Positions 32,887-42,792 of a DNA stretch of 64,000 nt are shown here, one piece after another. Position numbers and translations under genes: made by a program. The notes under the pieces were generated by a model that had not been told where the DNA came from, did not search any database, and was given only the letters and a program-made list of their open reading frames with translations. Source of the stretch: Oopsacas minuta (lineage: Eukaryota; Animalia; Porifera); assembly GCA_024704765.1 (NCBI GenBank), contig JAKMXF010000321.1, positions 806,001 to 870,000 of the forward strand, read 5' to 3'. How positions within the stretch are numbered: position 1 is the stretch's first letter; each line of letters opens with the position of its first letter.

Positions 32887-33888
32887 ACTGCTACACTCAT
32901 GTCAAGTTCTACAAGTATGTCCAAAAAAGTACTACCAAAACACAGGAAAATGAAATTCAGTTGAATTTCTTGGATAATGTTTTGTATTTGCTCCATCATT
33001 TGGTCTTGTTATATACAATTATACCAATTATACAATACACTAGTGTGCGATATAGAGCATGAATGAGTATATAATCAGGTCGACTGATACATATATAGAT
33101 AGTCGCTAGCAAATAGTAGTAGGTTATTCAATATTCGCTAGCGAAGCGCACTTGTAAGAGATTTTTACTATATTAGCTAGAAACGACGGTTGCTTATTGC
33201 CACAACTTCTTTGAATGAGTTTTGGAGTTGTCGAGGTAGATTTTTACTGGATTTCCTTAGAAACAATGCCCTGCTTGTCTACATAACAGTGTTCAGAATG
33301 GGTTATTCACTAGCAGATTGTAATTTAATAACTCCGTTCAACGCGTTGTTAAGGATTTGTCCTACACACAATAGACTCTTGGGTGTACAGCATCAAAAGC
33401 TCTATACTTATAGAGTATATTTATGATGGTAAATTGGTAACAAAATAGTTCGTTTCATAGATTAATTAGTCAAAGTAGTGATTTACGTAATTACGCAATT
33501 ACTAACACCCATTCTGGGAAAGCTTATGTACAAGTTATATCAATACCAGGAAAATTTACAAATCTTAGATGTTCGAATAGAATTCAAATTAAAACCTTTC
33601 AATTAGGAAGAACTGCCAATAAAGTAACGCACAATTCGATTACAAAAGCTGAAGACCAAGCAATCAATGCACTAGCTGGTTACAAATGTCCTGATACAAG
33701 GTAAGGGCTTCCTACTAAAAGTTGCTATAGATTCGCAATAAGCAATGTTATATTACGCTGTAAGGAACGATGCATCCAGATGGTGGCATACTGCAAGCCT
33801 TCCATATATAGCATCACACAGCTAGGAACTATAAATATGGCACGGCTTTATGAAGGTAGATTACATATACTTATTACTCAAGGAAAGG

Positions 33889-34698
33889 ATGATGAACTCT
33901 CTCTCAATCTTATTATTAATTCTCTCATTTACTCTAACGGTATTGAGCTCATCTCTGTCTCAGCAGTGTGCGGGCAGTAACCAAACGTGTCAATTGCTAG
34001 ATACATGCTGTAATTTCAAGGGGAAAGACAATACAGGTTGCTGCCCTTTGAGCAATGCAGTATGTTGTAAAGATCTAGCACACTGTTGTCCTCAGGGCTA
34101 CAAGTGCTCAGATAGTCCTTTACTATGTGAACGACCCAAAGCCAGCCCTGTTAGAAAAACACAGATTCAACAACACACAATCCCTCTACGACGACTAGAG
34201 AAGTACGTGAGTAAGCAGATGATACAGGGAGTAGAGTGTGATGATCAAATAAGTTGGTGTGCTGATGGAGATACGTGTTGTAAACTTGAATCTGGCATGT
34301 GGGGATGTTGTCCGTTGACGAATGCACGTTGTTGTGAAGATGGTGAGCACTGCTGCCCGAAATATTATGAATGCACGAAAACAGATGGTCTTTGCAACCA
34401 AACAGTAACTATGTATAATCATCATATTATACCAGCAGGTATTAAGCAAAAAGCTATGCATATCAAAGATTTCATAGCAAAGCAATTGAGTGATGCTATG
34501 TGCGCAGATGTTTCTGAATGCATACAGAAACACAGCTGTTGTGAACTAGAGGAAGAAGAAAATTACGGCTGTAGTGAAGTTTCAAACGCTATCTGTTGTG
34601 CAGATCGTAAGTCATGGTGCCCTGAAGGATATTCTTGCGATCTCTCCCAAGAGGAGTGCAAACAAGTTACCATTGAAGTTGAACATATAGACATTTGA
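33889..34698 (+). CDS. GRN: Progranulin-like secreted protein with three granulin domains, single exon, ~269 aa
   Basis: The likely start is the ATG at 33889, in frame with the listed ORF, followed by a signal peptide (MMNSLSILLLILSFTLTVLS). Two complete 12-Cys granulin motifs (C-C-CC-CC-CC-CC-C-C, with GCCP..NA.CC.D..HCCP) and a third 10-Cys motif at 34501-34659. Confidence 0.93.
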   Translation: MMNSLSILLLILSFTLTVLSSSLSQQCAGSNQTCQLLDTCCNFKGKDNTGCCPLSNAVCCKDLAHCCPQGYKCSDSPLLCERPKASPVRKTQIQQHTIPLRRLEKYVSKQMIQGVECDDQISWCADGDTCCKLESGMWGCCPLTNARCCEDGEHCCPKYYECTKTDGLCNQTVTMYNHHIIPAGIKQKAMHIKDFIAKQLSDAMCADVSECIQKHSCCELEEEENYGCSEVSNAICCADRKSWCPEGYSCDLSQEECKQVTIEVEHIDI

Positions 34699-34933
34699 GA
34701 TGTGACTTGTTGAGTTTGTGTTCTTATTAGTTCTATTCTCAACACACTATTAGTACGTATATAGATGTAGATCCCATATTATATATTGAAATAACCAGAA
34801 ATAGTAGATTTTATTATGTATGTGTTGACAGCATTAATTATTAAATTCACATAAACATATAAATATTTACAATATTTACTCTCGTTAATACGTAGAGTAC
34901 TCCATAACTTAATAGTATTCGTATTTCAGATGT

Positions 34934-36103
34934 TCAGTATGTCCTAATAACGTTATTACCAATACCGAGTCTGTAACGTGGTATCGGCCTTCTAAACTTC
35001 CAAATTCTAAAAGCGTTTACAATTAACACAACAACGTAGATAGCAGCTAATAACAAGTAGAAGAGAGACCTCATTAATTGGATCACAAATAGAGTTATGT
35101 GTTGTAACATTTGGTAAACGTCAGCCTCCGTTTCAGACAGAGAAATGTGAACATTAATTCCGTATGCTTGGAAGAAACAAGTATTCGATACTATTGTTTC
35201 CACCCACATATGTATTGTGTATATTAAATAGCGTAGGAAGTAGAATTGACATGTCCACCAAATAGTAGGAAACAAAACTTTATAAGATTTGAGCTGATAC
35301 CTAGCTCTCTTTAGGTGAATATACTCATTGTCTCTCTTCAGTTCTATAATCCATTGATTGTACCTGTCACAGAATCTACGGTATTCCCTATAAATCATAA
35401 CTAAATTGAACTGGAAGAATAGACAGAATATAGGATGAGATGCTAATAGTGTGAGTGGATGAAAATTAAGGAATACGAATATAACTCCTTGTATTATACC
35501 AACAGGGATAAACTGATATATCTTCAGCTCAGAAACTCCAAATTGCTGATACAACAGAGACTGCATAAGGACCAGATTCTTCCTCCAAATAGACAAATAC
35601 AAAACCCATACCAATAACAGAAGTAACGCACTGTATATGGGAGATATATTAATGTATACAAAGTTGTCTAGCCCTGGATCGTAAGCTTCTCCTACTGCAG
35701 AACCTCGAGCTAATGTACAGTTTCCAGTGAATTTGAGATAACTAGGATGATTACGAATAGGTTCATCATAGATTGCAACGAATAAAGTCAGAAACAGATT
35801 CAATAGAAAGTATACCAGTTCTATGAGAGCTATTATCAAGAATAGAATTAACTCATATTTCCTGTTTGTGTGATTACTGAGTATGCTCGGATCACAGTCA
35901 GAGTTTGTTCCTGCTTTTATAAACTTTAGAACTCTTTTCAAAGCAAAACATGCGTATACCAAACATATTGCAAGGATAACGAAATGGAAAAATTGGGCAT
36001 ATATGTTAAAGCAAAATAGATAATAGTTTGCCCTCGCGATGGCGAAATAATAGTCTTGCATTAGCGAGATGTTATTAAGATTATTGATTAATTTAGCGTC
36101 CAT
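34934..36103 (-). CDS. Orphan 7TM membrane protein, divergent family member 5 (389 aa, intronless)
   Basis: Seven TM segments; IELVY (TM2 Glu), GNCTL (ECL1 Cys), LVW (TM3), basic ICL3 ending SYK, ETIVSNTCFF (ECL3 Cys), tail PRYR. Confidence 0.8.
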   Translation of the reverse strand: MDAKLINNLNNISLMQDYYFAIARANYYLFCFNIYAQFFHFVILAICLVYACFALKRVLKFIKAGTNSDCDPSILSNHTNRKYELILFLIIALIELVYFLLNLFLTLFVAIYDEPIRNHPSYLKFTGNCTLARGSAVGEAYDPGLDNFVYINISPIYSALLLLLVWVLYLSIWRKNLVLMQSLLYQQFGVSELKIYQFIPVGIIQGVIFVFLNFHPLTLLASHPIFCLFFQFNLVMIYREYRRFCDRYNQWIIELKRDNEYIHLKRARYQLKSYKVLFPTIWWTCQFYFLRYLIYTIHMWVETIVSNTCFFQAYGINVHISLSETEADVYQMLQHITLFVIQLMRSLFYLLLAAIYVVVLIVNAFRIWKFRRPIPRYRLGIGNNVIRTY

Positions 36104-36621
36104 TAATAATGAACTCTGTATTTATACATTAGAGTATTAGCTTACAAATATTGTCAACTCTTCTCACAGGGAAAATCGTAATAGAAATAAACTAATGCAT
36201 AATCAGTAGTTTGAGGTTAGCTCATATGTATTTGTACTAATTATTTGCGTGCTGTTTGAAGTAATTTCCCTGTTTTCACAACATATTTTTTAATTTATGT
36301 GTATGTTAGAATTTGTGGGCTACCTTGGCAAATATTAGGTAGAAAAAATATTTGGGCTCAAAAAAATTCGGTAATTCCATGAATTAGAATAACTCCTGTA
36401 TAATCAATGCAAATATATTACGTAATATTATTTGATTATTATAAAGTTAACTATCAAACAATTACATAAGTAGAAACTCGGAAATACGATCACCTTTTGG
36501 ACCAAAAAATGGTCGTAATTTAGTAGTGACCATATTTCTGTGACAAATCAATCCTAATTTCTATGAGTACAAATCCAACTAGACATATAAATGTGCTCGT
36601 CGATATACTGAGGTAGGCGTT

Positions 36622-37722
36622 CTACGATAAAAAACTTTCCTTCTCATCACTCATACTAGAAAACATCCGATACCTGTACTTAACCTTCTTAGCGCTGTTA
36701 GTAATACTCTTCTTAACTACCCAGATATTCAAAACAAGCAGCAAGCAGTATGCTACAATGTTAATTAACCTCGCAGTTAAAATTATCCCAAAGTTAATAT
36801 CACCGATAAGTCTACTAATTTGTACATCAGGTTTGAACTCCAATGAAATTCCAAACGTTGCATGAAACCAACAAGAATTGAATGTAAGAGTCTCCAACAC
36901 AAGATACAGGTTAAAGAACACACTACTACTGAGGTAGTATAACTGTAATGCAATGAAAATGATAGGAATTACAATGTTATAATCTCTGTACAATTTCTCT
37001 TGCTCATCACTCATATGCTTATTCCTTGTATGATAAGCCTCATTAACTCTACTACCCATGGCTATCTTAAACTTTCTACTCATATACCATGCTAACAGTA
37101 TATTCATCTGTCCTATAGCAGACTGAATAAACACCCCAATGAGGGATGTCCATGGGAGAATACGTAGTGTGAATACTATTATTCCTATTAATAAGCCTAC
37201 CAATACCCATCGCTTTAGTATATTAGGTTGAAGTCGCCCTTGACATACGTGAGTTAGGTGCAGTAGTGATACAGCATAAAACCATACCATCATCATTAAG
37301 AGGGTTGTAGATTGTGTACGTAGGAACACTAGGAAGATTTGTCCGATATTTGTACTGTAGACATGAGCTAAATAGGTTGAGCCATCGAGACTACAGTTAT
37401 CATTGATTTCAATTGGCATGCTTTCGTTATAGTTCCAAACCATTTTGAATATACCATACACATTGTAATCAAAGAAATAACCGAATTCACAAATCAGGAA
37501 TGCTACGAATAGAAAGTAGCGGATAAGATATTCACGATAAGTGAATATTTTCTGTTCATCTATAGAGTCAATACGTGATTTACGATGATAGAATGTTATT
37601 AAATTGTACAGTACATGGAAGAGCCAGTAAATGAGGAGGAGAGTATGTAACCCACATAGAAGTTGAGATGAGTAGTAGAGATAGGAAATAAATTGGTTTT
37701 CAAAATTATTAGCAACTCGCAT
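36622..37722 (-). CDS. Orphan 7TM membrane protein, family member 6 (366 aa, intronless)
   Basis: ICEFGY..YNVYG, DNCSL, MVWFYAVSLLHL, AMGSRVNEAYH, FFNLYLVLETLTFNSCWF, tail YRYR...SFLS. Confidence 0.85.
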   Translation of the reverse strand: MRVANNFENQFISYLYYSSQLLCGLHTLLLIYWLFHVLYNLITFYHRKSRIDSIDEQKIFTYREYLIRYFLFVAFLICEFGYFFDYNVYGIFKMVWNYNESMPIEINDNCSLDGSTYLAHVYSTNIGQIFLVFLRTQSTTLLMMMVWFYAVSLLHLTHVCQGRLQPNILKRWVLVGLLIGIIVFTLRILPWTSLIGVFIQSAIGQMNILLAWYMSRKFKIAMGSRVNEAYHTRNKHMSDEQEKLYRDYNIVIPIIFIALQLYYLSSSVFFNLYLVLETLTFNSCWFHATFGISLEFKPDVQISRLIGDINFGIILTARLINIVAYCLLLVLNIWVVKKSITNSAKKVKYRYRMFSSMSDEKESFLS

Positions 37723-38367
37723 TGTACGGGGTAAAACAATATATTATTATTTTATGAGATGAGTAGCTTATATAGTATAAGCCATATTCGTAGAATTACT
37801 TATGCTAACGGGAAAAAGTTGTGTCTGTATGAAATAAATAAAAAATCAGGGAAAGTTCCATGTATAAGTCATAATATCTGTTAACTCTACACATAAAACC
37901 ATAAGATTACTAAAATATTATGTAATGTATGATAGTTGGATCAGTATGGGGATAATATCCAAGAAACATAATTAACCAATAATTACGTATATATAATCCG
38001 CATATTATTCCTACATCATATCAACTATATACTTATTACCATAATCCCGTAATGATTAAAACCTCTTAATGAGATTGCCTAATCTAATATTGAAAAGTAC
38101 AATTTTGAGAAGAACATTAGCTAAGGGATAATTAAATAGGATAAAATAGTAAATTCTAATAATACAGCATATCAAATACATTATGCATATACTGTAGATA
38201 TGAAAGAATAATTGTGTCGGTCAAGTTAGAGAATATTATAAGTAGAGGGAGCAGCCGGAGCGCTATTATTTAACCTTTACAATTTACTTAGTGTATTGAC
38301 AATTCTAACTCATCATACATTGAAAGTTGTTTAATACATTAGGAAATCCCAATAATAAATCTGCCGA

Positions 38368-38842
38368 GAAGGCCAACTGAAAATGTGTTATAACCACATA
38401 TCTCGAGAAATATGTATGATAGTATTGACATATAGGAATATGGTATCAAAGTATGCATTCAAATATGATATCTCATCATGCGGTTACGTAACTATCACGG
38501 TACTGGTATAAGGTTTAGAGTCATAGGACTCATAGTCTTTGAGTTATAGCCTCAACAAATAAAAACACATTTCCTTAGCAACACGGAATGTGTTCACATT
38601 GCATTCATACAACCATTTTTTCAAATTTACTATTCGCCTTTGTCATTATCTACAACTGTCAGGCATTAAAAACACTGAAAACATGGTTTAAACACAGCTT
38701 AAAAAGCAGCATTTTCTCTAGGCAATTGAAATACATACTTTGATACCATATAATTATTCCCATATGTCACTAATACATACTTAAACTCGATCATACATAT
38801 TTCTTGAGATATGTGGTAATAACACATTTTCAGTCGGCCTTC
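38368..38842. mobile_element. Foldback/long-TIR element, ~475 bp
   Basis: 53-bp inverted arms at 38368-38420 and 38790-38842 (three mismatches), with gapped similarity continuing inward (gacatat.ggaata..tatggtatcaaagtatg). The interior holds the repeat also seen at 8878-9031. No TSD found. Confidence 0.7.
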
Positions 38843-38999
38843 ACTTTTTCAAGCCTTCGGGGACATATTTAGCAGTATATTTAGTAGGCCATGAGGGGGC
38901 AATAAATGAAACGCAAACAACATACGAAAATACATTACAATGACATGTTACGTAATAAATAACAAAATAAGCATTAGAAACAATTTCTTAATTATTCAG

Positions 39000-41375
39000 T
39001 CACGTACTAGCTACGTCATTATTCAACTCATCAGATCTCTTAGAAACAGGTCTCTTTTCCCCTGTTCCGCCCCCCTCATAACGTCTAACTACTCTGTCAA
39101 ATGCTTCTGCACACACCTCAACCAATTCCTGACTGTCCTCCTCGTTACATTGGAACACGTGACAGAAGTTACGTCCTCTTTTACGATTTATAAACGCGAA
39201 TATTTTCTTGTTATTAGGGTCTAATGAGCAGAATGATATTCCTTCTATCTTGACTGTAGCTACATGTGTGTTGGTAGATGTATCAAATAGCTTTATACCT
39301 TTAGGCGTTACTATGATTTTCATTTTAACACGGCCCTTATTCCCATACTTCTTCTTCAATTTTTTGACAGCACTCCTCACAACCTCTAAGCCATACAGTT
39401 GTTCTACTTCTATGTATCCGTATCCTCTCACGTCAAAGAACCTTATATTAGCTAATGATGCAGTCTGTTTCATACCTCCGGGCATGCTGAGTCTATCTTT
39501 GTTTAGTTTCTCCAATCTAATCTGAGGTAACTGACGTCTGACAAGGTAACCTCTCCAACAGGACTGTATATAGAGGGCCGCAGACTGATAACAGTGGAAG
39601 TTATCAGATTGTTCGAATGCTGGGTTAGAGAAATCATACTTCAGATCATCAGGTTCATATATAGGAATATGTGTGCTAAGTCTTCTGGTTGCCTTCAATA
39701 AGTGTTGTCCTATCTGCTGGTCTGAATGGGGTATAGTAGCTTTAGACCTGACAGCCTATAATTAAACATATAAATAACAGCTCAGTACTCTGGTATATCA
39801 GATTCATGGAACAGGCTCCTAACACTCCTCCCATGATTAAGCTAAGTTCTAAATACATATATCATCTATACTATTAAGACGCAATTAATATGTATGTTTG
39901 TATTTTCGGAATTGATTGAAGAAACTGGAAGATCCCAAGAAATCTTGATGAGTTTGTTCTTAGACTTCGTCTTGCCGTCGAGGAAGAAACCTACTGCTAT
40001 TGCGGACTGATGTTTCACTAGAATTCATTGGGATGGGAAAAGATTTGTTGAGGATCGACTTGCAATTCTTGCTTCAGATGGCCCGAACTACTAAGAAGGG
40101 AATTACTGGGAATTCCTGGGCTGATCTTTAGCCTGGCTCGGACAAGTTCGAGTCTTGGACGAAATTCACACCTATTAAGAAATTATGACATCATTGTCAC
40201 CTCTTTGGATTTTCGAAAATCACCTTAATGGCCATTGCTCAGCCAATATACATGATAAAAGTTTGAAAATTTAATCACCAGGTACCCCACAATATACCAC
40301 ATGTTCTGACGTCATGATTTAGGCCAAGGGCTAACTCATCATGTGATTATTACGCCATCATGACTGTACAAGAAGTGCCCAGATAACTAACCAAAAGCCT
40401 TGTAGCAGCTCTAGTATTACCACAGAAAACCATTAAATGGAATTTGGATGGACCATGGATAATCAAAAATTTAACCTCGAGCTCGAGGCATATAGTGCTG
40501 AGTATATCCGGTCGCATAGCGACCAAAAGCATTTCAAGAAGTTAGCTGTTTAATACTTAAGCTCATTTGAAGCACTAAGCTGTCGCACAGCGACCTAGCA
40601 AGCGAAGTGCGCTAGTTATGTTATAAGTAGCAGTGTCTTATTTCGAATCATCTGCCCAGGTCGGCTGAACGATCCCGGCGCCCTGGCTGCCTCCCCTGCC
40701 GACGACCCTGGTTATTTCACCAATTCGAATTCTAAGAAAAGTATATTCCAAAACAGTCTACAGGATAAATACGATCCTCCAACCAAATTCATAGATGCCA
40801 ACCTGACCAATCCGTTAGATGTGGTATCCTATATCAAAATGTACAGTTATGGAGCAATACCTTAGAGACCCACAGATAACCCGTGAGAGTTGACATCTCT
40901 GAATATTTAGGAAAACTCCGTTTCTGGCCATGTGACTTGATTAACCATGGTTAAGCGGAGTCTACTGTAATTCTGAATTTATAGTTACCTGATTATCATA
41001 TCCTGTATCATCATCATATTGTGTATGAACAGGACTGTGAGATATATCATCTGATATAGATAGCATTGTATGCTGTGTGATTGTCTGAGACTGCTTTTCT
41101 GCATCCTGTGAAGTATTAGACTTGGCATTCAGAAATTGTGCGTCATCAAAGTCCAGACGGGACGAGGCGTCCTTCATTGAAGGGGTAGGTATATTTTCTT
41201 TGATACGACTGTGAGGATGTGATTTCCTTCTTAGAGATATATCCCGCAAAAAAGATGGATGTTCACGGAAATATTTGTAAATAATATAACTGCCTAAGAT
41301 GACGACAGCTATAAGCAGTGATGTTCCGATAATAGCTGTAACCACAATACCGGCTATTGCTGCAGGGCTAGACAT
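39000..41375 (-). CDS. Predicted two-exon membrane-anchored IQ + PTB domain adaptor, 380 aa
   Basis: Exon 1 is 41375-40989 (129 codons: TM helix, then a basic stretch) ending CAG|GTAACT in phase 0. Exon 2 is 39755-39000, following ttaattatAG in phase 0, and encodes FSNPAF, an IQ motif (IQSCWRGYLVR) and a PTB fold (F.V..YG..EV...G...V..AVKKL...I.V...GIK......ISFCSLD....KIFAFI....CHVFQC). The PTB exon is secure; the splice to the TM exon is inferred. Confidence 0.72.
39891..40325 (+). mobile_element. Interspersed repeat family A, copy 3 (in the intron of the TM-IQ-PTB gene)
   Basis: Starts tgtatgtttgtat...gaattg.ttgaagaaactggaag as at 9608; core at 40134-40202; 3' part aligns with the inverted copy at 11667-11855. 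Confidence 0.65.
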
Positions 41376-41550
41376 GCAGCTTAGAGCTAATTACAAGTTG
41401 AACAAGTCTTAGAATGAGTATAAAATGGCGTGGTAGTGAGAAAAGGTAGCTGGGGAGATGTCGAATGAGTCTGAGATATCCCATTGACATTTCGATGGGA
41501 CAGCCAATTGCATCGAACCTAATACACTCCGAATGCAGGTTATACATTGA

Positions 41551-41707
41551 GGCCCCGTTCAAACGTTAAGTAACAAATTTCCCTAAATTTTGACCCCCTC
41601 CCTGTGTCATGCTTTTCACCGTTTTGTTATACAAAAAGAAGAAGACTGACACACTCTGCATACCACCCACCTCCCCTTATAGCGTTATCTAACCTTTGAA
41701 CGGGACC
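41551..41707. mobile_element. PIF/Harbinger-like MITE, 157 bp, 3-bp TSD (TGA)
   Basis: tga|ggccccgttcaaacgtta ... taacctttgaacgggacc|tga; 18-bp TIRs with two mismatches; about 175 bp upstream of the TM-IQ-PTB start codon. Confidence 0.75.
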
Positions 41708-42792
41708 TGATAGCTTTTTATAAATTAATATCTAGTACAAAATATTATTAATTTACAAGAATAATTCTGAAAATAATTCGTAATCTGGTTAAGAGTACAA
41801 ATGCTGTAACTTGTGCAAGGCAGTGTATTTAGGTACTTGGTAGGGACCTAATAGTGCCAGTTCAGAAGCCATGAGGGAGAATACAAATTATTATTCCCGA
41901 AGGAGTACATCTTATCCGAGTTCTCCTGTACATGGGGATACTTATATTGTAATGGTAGCTCCTCTTAAGGTGCATATAAATTAATAATTACCCGCGCTAC
42001 TATTTGAGTTAATGCGAGATTAACTCAAATTCTTAAAGTTTGAAATTCAGTAGAATCGGATAAGCGGTATCCCTTCTTATCCGAATATTCTTCCTATAAA
42101 AGAATAGAAATTCAGTTTTTAAGAAAAGTAGGCATAAACCAAATTCTATTTGATTTTAAGTTTAAGAATAAGTGATAAGATTCTCCTCAATCCCAATCCC
42201 AATCCCGGTTAATTTAGTGCTAGGAATTCTCCAGTTTGTGTTAGCAGAATCCTAGCTCCCCTCCTCCTCCTCACAAATTTTGTTACGCTTAATTCAGTAA
42301 ATTATTGTTACTATATAGGGACAGATTCTCAATTTTATGCTCCTTTCATTAAAATCATACGCTTAGAGAAGCGTCCGCCGCTCCTAGATAATTCCTTGGG
42401 TAGCTGTATATTGAGAAATATAATTATTATTAACTGATTAGATATCTATGTCATTCTTGCATAGTCAGTAGTCAGTAGTCAGTACATATTAGGATATTGT
42501 ACTCAACACTACCATCTCCGGACAAATCATAAAATGAAATGAACTGTTCTTATACTTAGTATTATCTAATTAGCTATGATTATATAAGCAAAAATGACTT
42601 AAGCAAACTTAGAAAAGATCGCGAATCATTTACCTCAATGTCGTAACCTACTATTATTATTTAGTAATGAAATTCAAGCACAGTCATCTTTCCGGAAATT
42701 ACACTAATTTCATAATTCTATTTATAATTATGATAATTTCCTATAAATACTGATTAATTCAAAAATTTACAAACACAACACTTCTTGATATT

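Noticed and set aside
33850-33888. ORF-track start for the granulin gene
   Set aside because: The signal peptide begins at the in-frame Met at 33889; the extra 13 residues would precede it.
39698-39755. ORF-track start (TTG) for the PTB ORF
   Set aside because: The frame stays open upstream to a splice acceptor at 39755, so this is an internal exon, not a start.
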